Part shown: one piece after another, positions 9,953 through 19,140 of the stretch
Layout of the letters: each line of letters begins with the position of its first letter
Position numbering within the stretch: position 1 is the stretch's first letter
Assembly: GCA_046292385.1 (NCBI GenBank)
Contig: JBKBRF010000042.1
Coordinates: 1-59,868, forward strand
Direction of reading: 5' to 3'
Length of the DNA stretch: 59,868 bases
From: Armatimonadota bacterium
GTDB taxonomy: Bacteria; Armatimonadota; SYMT01
Made by a program: the position numbers and the translations under genes
Notes under the pieces: model-generated
Databases searched by the model: none
Told to the model about the DNA's origin: nothing
The model's input: only the letters and a program-made list of their open reading frames with translations

Positions 9953-10408
9953 ATGAAAGTGAACGAGGAAGAGCGCGCACTGCTGCTGGCGGAGGTGACG
10001 CAGGCGCTGGACCAGATCCGCTCTCCGGAGCTGCGGGTGGCGTACGGAGAGCTGCTGACGGCGCTGGACCAGAAGCAAGACATTCCGGAAGAGCTGTACG
10101 AGCCGCTGCAGAACCTGCTGGCGGTGGGGCTGGAGAGCGGCCGCATCCGCGCGGTCCACACCGCGCACGGGGAGATGGCGGCGCAGCGCGTCTATCACCG
10201 CACTCCCGCCGGGCGCGGCGTGCGGGAATCGACGGAGGCAGTCAACGCCGCACTCCAGGCGCTGAAGGGGCAGGCGGTCGACGAGATCAGCGTCTCCCCC
10301 GGCGGCCCGGGCACCTACGTGCTGACCGTAGCCACGGACGAAGGGAAGCTGCTGATCAAGCTGAGCCGGCACGGCGCGCACCTCCAGAGCATGGAGGTCG
10401 GCGGCTAA
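9953..10408 (+). CDS. Hypothetical protein (151 aa)
   Basis: ATG 5 nt after the GT2 stop; protein-like composition from MKVNEEE onward. Confidence 0.7.
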   Translation: MKVNEEERALLLAEVTQALDQIRSPELRVAYGELLTALDQKQDIPEELYEPLQNLLAVGLESGRIRAVHTAHGEMAAQRVYHRTPAGRGVRESTEAVNAALQALKGQAVDEISVSPGGPGTYVLTVATDEGKLLIKLSRHGAHLQSMEVGG

Positions 10409-10433
10409 CCCGACCCACGGAGAGACCTTCGGG

Positions 10434-10512
10434 GACGGAGAGACGGAGAGACGGAGAGACGGAGAGACGGAGAGACGGAGAGACGGAGAGACGGAGAGAC
10501 GGAGAGACGGAG
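10434..10512. repeat. 8-bp tandem repeat (GACGGAGA) x ~10
   Basis: Nine perfect units plus one partial, read directly. Confidence 0.95.
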
Positions 10513-10535
10513 CGCGGCGGGCATGGCGGGGGCGG

Positions 10536-10840
10536 CGCCCCGGAGGGGCGCGAGACGATAGCCGGGGTGCAAGCGCAGCGCAGCCCCCGGATTCATGCGG
10601 GCCCGATACACCCGCCCTGGAGGGGCGGGAGAACTCCGCGTGTCCGGGAGACGCTGCGGTGCGGAGTGAACTCCGCGGACTGGCTCCGCCGGAGGTCAAC
10701 CTCCGGCGATCCGTCCCTCACGGCGCCCTGGAGGGGCGGGAGGGCTAAAGCGGTGCGGAGTGAACTCCGCGGATTGGCTTCGCCGGAGGTCAACCTCCGG
10801 CGATCTAGCTCTCTCTGCACTCCGGAGGGCGGGAGGGCTT
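10536..10840. repeat. Cluster of REP-like palindromic repeats, including a ~95-bp direct duplication
   Basis: gcggtgcggagtgaactccgcgga.tggct.cgccggaggtcaacctccggcgat twice; cgccc(t/c)ggaggggcg three times plus a degenerate copy. Confidence 0.75.
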
Positions 10841-10963
10841 CCCGGGAGCGACGCCCGGGCATCGACCTACCGGGCGAGGACGTGCCGGAATGGCGTAGGT
10901 CGCCAGCGAGCAGGAGCAAGAGTAGGAGCAGGAGCAGGGTCCCCCATCCGCGGAGGGTTCGGA

Positions 10964-11049
10964 CTTTAGCCCCCCGTTCGGGGGGTGAACCTTTAGCCCC
11001 CCGTTCGGGGGGTAAACCTTCTGCCTTTAGCCTTTAGAGGCCTTTAGAG
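10964..11049. repeat. 27-bp direct repeat x2 with a GC hairpin, plus CTTTAG repeats
   Basis: ctttagccccccgttcggggggt(g/a)aac twice, then ctttagcctttagaggcctttagag. Confidence 0.7.
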
Positions 11050-11060
11050 AGGGAGCTTCC

Positions 11061-11849
11061 ATGCCCCGCGGTCCCAAGATCAACGGTTATACCCTCCTGG
11101 CCTGGGCGACGCTGCTCGGCTTCGCGCTCCTGATCGTGCCGCGTCTCGCGCGCATCCTGGGGGGCGGCGGCGCCCGGCTGGTCGGCATTGCGGTGCTGAT
11201 GCTCGCGGTCTGGGTGGCCCTGGCCCGGTCCGGCCTGCTCCCCGGCTGCATCCGGGAGCGGGACGGCCTCTCCGAGGAGGAGGAGGCGCGCCTGGAGCGG
11301 CTGGACGAGCTGCACGAGGAAGCGGACCAGATGGAGCTGACCCTGAAGGATCTGCGCGACCTGAGCCTGTCCGAGTCGGACCAGATCCGGGCACGGTGGG
11401 CGGCGCTCGATCTGGAGGAGGCGCTGGAGCGGAACCGCCAGGCGGTGGCGGAGGAGCGGGCGGCGCTGCTCCGGATCGACGCGGTCCGCTGGGCCGATCG
11501 GCTGGAGGTGTTCCTCTCCCGCACGCCGGACGTAGCGAAGGCGCGCGCCTGGCTCGACCGCATCCCCGGCCTTCAGCGCGAGGGCGACGAGATCCTCGCC
11601 CGGCTCTCCGCGGAGCCGGAGGTCGCCGAGACCGCCGCAGGACGGGAGACGCGCGAGACGGTGACGGCGGTGCTGGCGGAGCTTTCGTCGTTCCGCGCCG
11701 ACCTTCTGGCGCGCCTGGCGCGGCACCTGAGCGCTACCGCGAGCGAGGCGCCGGCGCTGGAGATCGAGACCGCCTCCGAGCGCCTGCGGGAGCTGGTCGC
11801 CCGCACGCAGGCGCGCCAGGAGGTCGGTGCCTGGCTCAAGAACGGCTGA
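11061..11849 (+). CDS. Hypothetical membrane protein (2 TM plus coiled coil)
   Basis: Two N-terminal hydrophobic helices and an E/R/L-rich helical body; GGAG before ATG. Confidence 0.7.
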   Translation: MPRGPKINGYTLLAWATLLGFALLIVPRLARILGGGGARLVGIAVLMLAVWVALARSGLLPGCIRERDGLSEEEEARLERLDELHEEADQMELTLKDLRDLSLSESDQIRARWAALDLEEALERNRQAVAEERAALLRIDAVRWADRLEVFLSRTPDVAKARAWLDRIPGLQREGDEILARLSAEPEVAETAAGRETRETVTAVLAELSSFRADLLARLARHLSATASEAPALEIETASERLRELVARTQARQEVGAWLKNG

Positions 11850-11865
11850 GCGGCTTCCGGCGTGA

Positions 11866-13536
11866 TTACGGGGCGACGCGGGCGGAGCTGCGGAGCTTCA
11901 CGTCACTGCGCAGCCAGGCCTGGTCGAACGCCTGGCGTACTTCGTCCGCGGCCTCGTTCTTTCCCTGCGCCCGCAGGCTCTGCTCCAGGCCGAAGAGCGA
12001 CCACCCGTTGGCCGGATTCTCCTTCAGATCCTGACGGTAGACCGCCTCCGCTTCCGCGGCGCGCCCGCTCTCCAGCAGGGCGGCTCCCAGGGAGTGCCGG
12101 ACCGGGTAGTACCAGTAGGGCGGCTCCATGTAAGGGAGCCGGTCCTGAAGCTCCACCGCCTGCGTGAGCTGCCGCACCCGCTCGTCGTGCTGGCCGCGCA
12201 TGCCGGCCAGCTCTCCGTCCAGGATCCCGTGCGCGATCCGGAGCTGTGTGTAGCCGAAGAAGCCGGGCTGCTCGAGCGCCTTCGCCGCGTCGCCGTCCAC
12301 GATCTGCGCCAGTCGCGCCGCCTCTCGCTCCGCCTCCGGGCGCTGGCCGAGGCCCACTCGCGCCAGGCCCCGGGCGTAGTGGGAGATGCCGCGGAGGAAC
12401 AGGTCCCTCGGCTCCGGCTGCGGCTCCTTCAGCACGTCGTTCCAGCGGTTGAAGCGGACCAGCGCGAAGAGGACCATCGGGTGCAGGCGGCCGGCTTCCA
12501 CGTGCGCCGGGGTGACCCGGGAGGCGAGCTCGCGGGTGTGGCGGAGGCAGTCTGCCGAACGGCCCTCCATCATCGTGGAGTAGGAGAAGAAGTGCTGGTT
12601 GTGCGGGTAGTAGACCAGCGGGTAGTAGCCCTGCGCGCGGCACTGGGCCAGGTATGACTCGTCCGCCTTGATGGCGCGCTCATTCGCCAGTGAGGCTTCG
12701 TGGTAGAGGCCGACGCGCAGGTAGATGTGCGCCGGCATGTGGACCAGGTGCCCCGCCCCCGGCGCGAAGTCGAGGAGGAGATCCGCCGCGGGCAGGGCGC
12801 GCTTCGGATCGGGTCCCGCCTCCACCGCGTGGATGTAGAAGTGGTTGGCGCCCGGGTGCCGCGGATCGACGGCGCGGACCCGCTCCAGCACCGTGAGGAT
12901 CTCTGCCGTCTCCGGCTTTGGCTTCTTGTCCGGCGTCCAGTAGTCCCACGGCATCGTATCCATCACCGCTTCCGCGAAGAGCACGGAGGCGTCGAGGTCT
13001 TCCGGGTAGCGCCGCGCCACCTCGCGCATCGCCTCCGCGTAAGCGCGGTCGAGCGCGCTCCGGTCCGCCACCGGCTCCGGCCGGTACCGCTTCGAGAGCG
13101 CCTCGATGTAGGCGCGCTCCCGCTCCGAGGCGCGGGGCATCCGCTCCCGGGCCTTCTGGAGGTCGTTCCACGCGTCGGCGACGTGCTCGTCCGGCATCGG
13201 CTGATTGATGTTCGGCCCCCGCGCGATCGCCATGCCCCAGTAGGCCATGGCACAGCTGGGGTCGAGCCGCGCGGCTTCCCGGAAGGAGCGGATCGCCTCC
13301 TTGTGGTTGAAGCCGTACATCAGGATGAGACCCTGGTCGAAGTAGCGCTGCGCCTGCGCGGAGCGCGTGGTGACCGGGTGCTTCAGGTCGCCCAGGTCAG
13401 CGAAGAGCGGCGCCCCCTCTCCGGGCGGGCGCGCGGCGGCCCGAGGCGGAGGGGCGGCTCCCTGGGAGCAGGCGACCTGCTGGACCGGGGCGGCGCCCAG
13501 CGCCAGCAGGAGGAGGACGGTAGGTACGACTTTCAT
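11866..13536 (-). CDS. Secreted TPR-repeat protein
   Basis: Signal peptide; AQRYFDQGL...GFNH, HPGANHFYIH, GHLVHMPAHIY and NGWSLFGL motifs. Confidence 0.85.
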   Translation of the reverse strand: MKVVPTVLLLLALGAAPVQQVACSQGAAPPPRAAARPPGEGAPLFADLGDLKHPVTTRSAQAQRYFDQGLILMYGFNHKEAIRSFREAARLDPSCAMAYWGMAIARGPNINQPMPDEHVADAWNDLQKARERMPRASERERAYIEALSKRYRPEPVADRSALDRAYAEAMREVARRYPEDLDASVLFAEAVMDTMPWDYWTPDKKPKPETAEILTVLERVRAVDPRHPGANHFYIHAVEAGPDPKRALPAADLLLDFAPGAGHLVHMPAHIYLRVGLYHEASLANERAIKADESYLAQCRAQGYYPLVYYPHNQHFFSYSTMMEGRSADCLRHTRELASRVTPAHVEAGRLHPMVLFALVRFNRWNDVLKEPQPEPRDLFLRGISHYARGLARVGLGQRPEAEREAARLAQIVDGDAAKALEQPGFFGYTQLRIAHGILDGELAGMRGQHDERVRQLTQAVELQDRLPYMEPPYWYYPVRHSLGAALLESGRAAEAEAVYRQDLKENPANGWSLFGLEQSLRAQGKNEAADEVRQAFDQAWLRSDVKLRSSARVAP

Positions 13537-13790
13537 CTCGGCTTCTCGTTTCCGCTCGCGGGCCCATCGGGAGGATTCTAGCCGTGCCGGAGTGTTCTAA
13601 CACCCTGAAGTGTAGTGCATCCAGCTTGTGGGGCTGGAGAGCGGCCGGATGCCGGACAGCCGGGCCGCCGGCGAAGCGGAGGCTCCACCCCGTCCCGCCG
13701 CACCCGGCGGGTGCCCAAATCTGAGATTTGCGGCCTCCCGGGCGGGTACCCTCAACGTGCGAACCGATTCAGGTGACCGGAGGGCGCTGG

Positions 13791-15203
13791 ATGGCACTCT
13801 TGAAACCGGACCCGACCTTCTATCCTTCACCCCGGCTGGCGATGGAGGCGCCGCCGGAGAAGCTGGCGTTCGTGGCGGGCTTGAACCCGGGAGCCCTGGC
13901 GGACGGCGCGCAGGACGATCGCCCCGACGCACTGCTGGTGGTCGACGTCGATCCCGCCTCGCCGACGTTCGGGCAGCGGGTGGGGCAGGTGGAGATGCCG
14001 AACCTTCGCGACGAGCTGCACCACTTCGGCTGGAATGCCTGCAGCTCGGCGCTCTGTCCCTACGCGCCGCATCCCCACGTCGAGCGGCGGTATCTGCTCG
14101 TCCCCGGCATCCGCTCCTCCCGGCTCCATATCATCGACACCAAGCCCGACCCGCGCCGGCCGCAGATCGTGAAGGTGATCGAGCCGGAGGAGGTGATGGC
14201 GCGCACCGGCTACTCCCGGCTGCACACGATCCACTGCGGACCGGAGGGGATCTACATCAGCGCGCTGGGAAGCACGGACGGCAACGGGCCCGGCGGCATC
14301 TTCCTGCTGGACCACTTCACCTTCGAAGTGCTCGGCCGGTGGGAGCTGGACCGGGGTCCCCAGTACCTCTCGTACGACTTCTGGTGGAATCTGGCGCAGG
14401 ACTGGCTGGTGACCAGCGAGTGGGGCACGCCGCGGATGATCGAGGACGGCCTGCTGCCGGAGCTGCTGGTGAAGGGCGAATACGGCCGTTACATCCACCT
14501 CTGGGATCTCAAGAAGCGCCGCCACGTGCAGGCGCTCGACCTGGGCGCGGAGCAGCAGCTCGCGCTGGAGCTCCGCCCCGCGCACGATCCGACCCGGAGC
14601 TACGGCTTCGTCAACGCGGCGATCTCGCTGAAGGATCTCTCCGCTTCGGTCTGGCTGTGGCACCGGGACGGCGGCGGCTGGGCGATCCGCAAGGTGATCG
14701 AGATCCCGGCGGAGCCGGCCGACCCGGACGCGCTCCCGCCGATCCTGAAAGACTTCAAGGCGGTGCCGCCGCTGGTGGGCGACATCGACCTCTCCCTGGA
14801 CGACCGGTTCCTCTACGTCTCCTGCTGGGGCACCGGAGAGCTGCAGCAGTACGACGTCTCCGACCCGTTCAACCCGAGGCAGACCGGCTCGGTGCGCATC
14901 GGCGGGATCGTCCGGGGCACGCCGCATCCGAGCCAGCCGGAGAAGCGGCTCACCGGGGGGCCGCAGATGGTGGAGGTGAGCCGGGACGGCCGGCGGGTCT
15001 ACTTCACCAACTCGCTCTACTGGGCGTGGGACCGCCAGTTCTACCACGGCGGGCTGGAGAGCTGGATGGTGAAGTGCGATGCGGGGCCGAACGGCGGGCT
15101 GGAGCTGGACCCGCGGTTCTTCTTGCAGGGAGACGAGTACCGGATGCACCAGATTCGCCTCGAAGGCGGGGATGCCTCGTCCGACTCCTACTGCTATCCG
15201 TAG
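13791..15203 (+). CDS. Selenium-binding protein SBP56 / methanethiol oxidase-like (cytoplasmic type)
   Basis: DELHHFGWNACSS, YDFWW, TSEWG, GGPQM, DRQFY and GGDASSD motifs; no signal peptide. Confidence 0.9.
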   Translation: MALLKPDPTFYPSPRLAMEAPPEKLAFVAGLNPGALADGAQDDRPDALLVVDVDPASPTFGQRVGQVEMPNLRDELHHFGWNACSSALCPYAPHPHVERRYLLVPGIRSSRLHIIDTKPDPRRPQIVKVIEPEEVMARTGYSRLHTIHCGPEGIYISALGSTDGNGPGGIFLLDHFTFEVLGRWELDRGPQYLSYDFWWNLAQDWLVTSEWGTPRMIEDGLLPELLVKGEYGRYIHLWDLKKRRHVQALDLGAEQQLALELRPAHDPTRSYGFVNAAISLKDLSASVWLWHRDGGGWAIRKVIEIPAEPADPDALPPILKDFKAVPPLVGDIDLSLDDRFLYVSCWGTGELQQYDVSDPFNPRQTGSVRIGGIVRGTPHPSQPEKRLTGGPQMVEVSRDGRRVYFTNSLYWAWDRQFYHGGLESWMVKCDAGPNGGLELDPRFFLQGDEYRMHQIRLEGGDASSDSYCYP

Positions 15204-15224
15204 CGCTCGAGCGAGGGAGCCGTC

Positions 15225-15890
15225 ATGCTGCTCGACGCCGCGACCTGGCCGTGGCTGGCGCTGATCCTGCTCGGCGCTTACCACGGCCTCAATCCGGGGA
15301 TGGGCTGGCTCTTCGCGGTGGCCCTGGGGCTGCAGGAGGGAAAGCGCAACGCCGTGCTGCGCGCGCTTCCGCCGATCGCCCTGGGGCACGCCCTCTCCGT
15401 GGCGGTGGTCGCGGGCCTGTTCCTGCTGCTCCGGGCCGCCGTGCCGCCCCTGGCGCTCAAGATCGGCGCGGCGGCGCTGCTGTGCGGCTTTGGAATCTAC
15501 CGCCTGGTCCGCTCCCGCCACCCGTCGTGGGTCGGGATGCGGGTCGGCTTCCGGGACCTGGTGCTCTGGTCGTTCGTGATGGCCTCCGCGCACGGAGCCG
15601 GGCTGATGCTGCTGCCGGTGTTCCTGGGGAGAGGCGGGGCCCGTCACGAGCACCCGCACGCCGGGCACGCGGGACACGCGGGGCACCTCTCTTCCACCTG
15701 GGATACTCCCGGGGAGTGGCTGGCGGCGGTGGGGGTGCACACCGCCGCGCACCTGGTGGTGGCCGGGTTGATCGCGCTGCTGGTCTACGAGAAGCTGGGG
15801 GTGGCGATCCTGCGCCGGGCCTGGCTCAATCTTGACCTGCTCTGGTGCCTGGTCCTGATCGCCTCCGGCATCCTGGTGCTGGTCACGTAG
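15225..15890 (+). CDS. Membrane protein with a His-rich loop, probably co-transcribed with SBP56
   Basis: HGLNPGMGWLFAVA, GHALS, AHGAGLM and RHEHPHAGHAGHAGH; about 6 TM. Confidence 0.8.
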   Translation: MLLDAATWPWLALILLGAYHGLNPGMGWLFAVALGLQEGKRNAVLRALPPIALGHALSVAVVAGLFLLLRAAVPPLALKIGAAALLCGFGIYRLVRSRHPSWVGMRVGFRDLVLWSFVMASAHGAGLMLLPVFLGRGGARHEHPHAGHAGHAGHLSSTWDTPGEWLAAVGVHTAAHLVVAGLIALLVYEKLGVAILRRAWLNLDLLWCLVLIASGILVLVT

Positions 15891-15906
15891 CCGCGGCGGC
15901 CGCGGC

Positions 15907-17178
15907 TCAGCGGAAGCGGGGGAAGAGGTCCTTGGAGGGCCATTCCGTCACGTCGGCGGCGGCGCGGTGGAGGGCGCCGTCGATGGCGCTGTCCGGCAGC
16001 TTCTCGTCCCGGGAGCGCAGGTTGAAGAGCGCGGCCCAGGTGAGGCCGTCCCAGCGCCGCACCAGGAGCGTGTTGGTGCCGGGCAGGCTGCCCATGTGCC
16101 AGTAGTTGGCGCGGCCGCTCTTCTCACCGTCCAGGCCGACCGGGCGCACCGACCATCCGCAGCCGTAATAGGTATCGGTCGGGCTTCCGTCCTCTTTCCG
16201 CCAGACCGGCGCGGCGGGACGGGCGTACATCTCCCGGATCGTCGTGGAGCTCAGCACGCGGCTGGGGCGGCGGCCGTCGACCCCTTCCATGAAGCGGACC
16301 AGGTCGACCGCGGAGGCGATCCAGCCGCCGTGGGAGTCCATCGCCTCCAGGTAGAAGCCGCCGTAGGGCCAGTCCACCGCTCCCTGCACGTCCGGGAAAA
16401 CGCTGCGGAACTTCTCCCCGTCCGGCATGTAGTAGCGCACTTCGCCCGGGGCCCGGCCCCGCTCCCGGGTGGCGCCGATCCGCATGCGGGTGATGCCGAG
16501 CGGCGCGAGCACCTCCCGGCGCACGTACTCCTCGTACGACATCCGGGTCACCGCCTCCACCACCCGTCCCAGCACGCAGTAGCCGAAGTTGGAGTAGGCG
16601 TAGCGCGTGCCCGGGTCGAAGTCGAGCGGCTGGCCGAGCATGTAGCGGATCACCGCGTCCGCGCCGGCGGGGGCCTCCACGCCGACCTCCCGTGCGATCT
16701 GGAGCGCCCGGAACATCGGGTCGTAGCTCTTATCCCGGTCCCAGCCGCCGGTGTGGTGGAGCAGCTGACGTACCGTGACGGAGCGCACGCGGGGATCGGC
16801 CGACTTCCCCTTCGGCACCACGGCGGGAAGACGGACGAGGTCGAAGGCGCGGGTGTCGAGGTTCAGGCGCCCCTCGCCGACCAGCTTCATCACGGCGGCG
16901 CCGGTCACCGGCTTGGAGATGCTGGCGATGCGGAAGAGCGAGTCCGGCTGCACCGGCTCCCGCTTCTCCCGGTCCGCCCAGCCGTATCCCCGGGCGTAGA
17001 CCAGGCGGCCGTCTTTCACCACCGCCAGGGAGCCGCCGGGGACGCCGCGCTCCTGCATGAAGCGCTCCATCTCGCGGTCGAAGCTCGCCAGCGGGTGGTC
17101 TTCCGCCCGCGCGCCGCGCGCCGCGCCGACCAGCGCCGCTCCCGCTCCGAAGATCAGCTCCCGCCGCGTCCCCCGCAT
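15907..17178 (-). CDS. Tat-exported serine hydrolase (beta-lactamase class C / AmpC-like family)
   Basis: TRRELI Tat motif; ASISK (SxxK), YSN and HMG motifs. Confidence 0.88.
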   Translation of the reverse strand: MRGTRRELIFGAGAALVGAARGARAEDHPLASFDREMERFMQERGVPGGSLAVVKDGRLVYARGYGWADREKREPVQPDSLFRIASISKPVTGAAVMKLVGEGRLNLDTRAFDLVRLPAVVPKGKSADPRVRSVTVRQLLHHTGGWDRDKSYDPMFRALQIAREVGVEAPAGADAVIRYMLGQPLDFDPGTRYAYSNFGYCVLGRVVEAVTRMSYEEYVRREVLAPLGITRMRIGATRERGRAPGEVRYYMPDGEKFRSVFPDVQGAVDWPYGGFYLEAMDSHGGWIASAVDLVRFMEGVDGRRPSRVLSSTTIREMYARPAAPVWRKEDGSPTDTYYGCGWSVRPVGLDGEKSGRANYWHMGSLPGTNTLLVRRWDGLTWAALFNLRSRDEKLPDSAIDGALHRAAADVTEWPSKDLFPRFR

Positions 17179-17269
17179 CCCCTCGCCCTCCGCCCGGTCC
17201 CGTGCTCCAGGGAGAGTTGCGTGGGCGCCGGCCGGAGTCCTGCCGCCGGCGCTCCTGAACGACCGGAGT

Positions 17270-17941
17270 CTAATCCTCGGTGGGAGCGATCATGCGCCGC
17301 AGGTTCCGGAGCGCGTGGCGCAGGAGCGAGCGAGCGGTGGCCGGGCGGATCTGCAGCGTGTCCGCGATCTCGTTGAAGCTGCGAGATTCGTAGTAGCGCC
17401 AGAACACCACCTGCCGCTGCCGCGGCGGGAGACGTGCGAGGGCGGCGGGGACGGAGCACAGCACCGAGTCGAGCAGCAGCTTGTGGTCCCAGGCGTGGGT
17501 CAGGTCGAGCGCGGTTTCCGGGAGCTCGGTGTCCCCATCCACCAGGAGCTCGCGCTGCTTGTTGCGCCACTGTCTGCGGGAGTAGGTGTAGACCGAAGCG
17601 GAGAGCGTGCGGACGAGATAGAGGCGCCGCGGAACGCCTCGCGCCGGATCGTAGGCGTCGTACAGCTCACAGAAGCGGCAGTAGATCTCTCCCACGAGGT
17701 CCTCACGGGCGTCCCGGTTATCGCCGTACTGCCGGAGCAGGCGGCGCACCAGCGGCTGAAACTCGGCGTAAAGCGCTTCCCGCTCGGCGGACGGGCCGGA
17801 GGGGCCGGGTGGTACTGCGCCGCGCGCCCAGAGGGCCGCGCCGGAGCCGTGCGGGCGGTGCGGCCCGGCCGCCGGGACGGGGCTCCTCCCTCGCGCGGTC
17901 GAGACGAGTGACCGATCCAACTGGCAGGAAAGCTCCGGCAT
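17270..17941 (-). CDS. Sigma-70 family (ECF-like) RNA polymerase sigma factor
   Basis: Region 2 (EDLVGE...YDPARGVP) and region 4 HTH (LPPRQRQV...SFNEIADTL...TARSLL); true start probably downstream of 17941. Confidence 0.85.
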   Translation of the reverse strand: MPELSCQLDRSLVSTARGRSPVPAAGPHRPHGSGAALWARGAVPPGPSGPSAEREALYAEFQPLVRRLLRQYGDNRDAREDLVGEIYCRFCELYDAYDPARGVPRRLYLVRTLSASVYTYSRRQWRNKQRELLVDGDTELPETALDLTHAWDHKLLLDSVLCSVPAALARLPPRQRQVVFWRYYESRSFNEIADTLQIRPATARSLLRHALRNLRRMIAPTED

Positions 17942-18477
17942 GTCTCGTGGTGGAGAGCGGCTGCTGCGACAGCATCGGTGCTGCCGAACAGCGGAGGTCG
18001 GGGGCGCGCCCTCGCGCGGCGGAGCGGAAGTGTGACCCGGTCGTGGACCCGCTCGCTGCCGGGCCGCTGCTCCCTCGCGTGGGCGGTTTCCGCAGGATCT
18101 CGCTCAGGATGCTCGTCGAGCCGGCGCAAGAAACCTTTTTTGTTTCTCCAGCCCGGCGAGAGCGGCTCGCCGGGCTGTCGCTCCCTCGCCAGGCTCCAGC
18201 ATCGTGCCGGAGCGGAGCCCTTCGCTGCGCTGCAGCTCTTACCGCGGGGTTGAGGCTGGACGGTCCCCACCTCGCGTGAGGTGGCAGGACCGGTTTTCGA
18301 TGCCGGGGGTCGGCGCTTAGCTCTTTGCGCGTTTCGGGATCGAGCGGCACCTCGCTACTGCAAAGGTCGCGACACGGGTGCTCGATCACCATGGCTTCAT
18401 TCCCAGGCACGTCAGAGAGGCGAGTCCACCTCTCGCAGCGAACTGAAACCCGGAGTTGGATACTTTTTCCCAGGCGG

Positions 18478-18744
18478 ATGCAGCGAGTGCGAACTATCTC
18501 TCCTCGCGTCGCGATCTTCGGGGCCTACCTCGCGACGCTCGGGATCGTGGCCGCGGCCGTCTACGCCGCGGCGCATCGGCAGTGGTGGCCGCTCGCGGCG
18601 CTGGCTGCCGGCGGCGTGGGCTTCATCGCGGGCCTCGTCTGCGGCTTGCGTCTCGGACTAGCGGCGGAGGAGCCCCCGCAGGCAGACCGCGCGGCTTATT
18701 CCAGCGACACACCAGTGGAGCATCAGCCGTTAGAGCGCCGCTGA
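18478..18744 (+). CDS. Small membrane protein (2 TM)
   Basis: 88-aa ORF with two hydrophobic helices. Confidence 0.5.
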   Translation: MQRVRTISPRVAIFGAYLATLGIVAAAVYAAAHRQWWPLAALAAGGVGFIAGLVCGLRLGLAAEEPPQADRAAYSSDTPVEHQPLERR

Positions 18745-18851
18745 ACACCCGGTCTCGTGTGTCTCCCTCTCCACGGAGCCCTGCTCGCGGTCCTCGCGCC
18801 CCCACCTCCGCCGCCGAAACAGGTACCTTCGTCCCCCTGCCTCGTAGCAAG

Positions 18852-18880
18852 GGAACTTTCAGAGCGTCCTTCCCGTCAAA
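18852..18880 (+). promoter_or_regulatory. ECF (sigmaE-type) promoter
   Basis: GGAACTT-N16-GTCAAA, matching the classical sigmaE consensus, upstream of the first beta-helix gene. Confidence 0.65.
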
Positions 18881-19140
18881 GCTGAAGTCGCCAACTCGCA
18901 GGCGGAGGCAGCTCCTGCGTGCGAGGACCCCGGGCTCTGCAGGCACGCGCGCCCATTGCGTGTCACTTCCGTCGGCGCTCTTACCCGGCGCGGGAAGCAT
19001 CCCACGGCGCCACACCCGGTTCGACCCGGGCAGGCTCGAAACTCTTCGGGCTCCTGCCTCTCCGGCCGCGCGGCTAGTTCCGCGCCTGCCGGGGGAGATT
19101 GCTGCATCTCTTATATTCTCCGGGTTAGAGGAAGTGACTG

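Noticed and set aside
10650..10840. Possible CRISPR array
   Set aside because: Only two long units, no unique spacers and no cas genes; fits REP-like repeats
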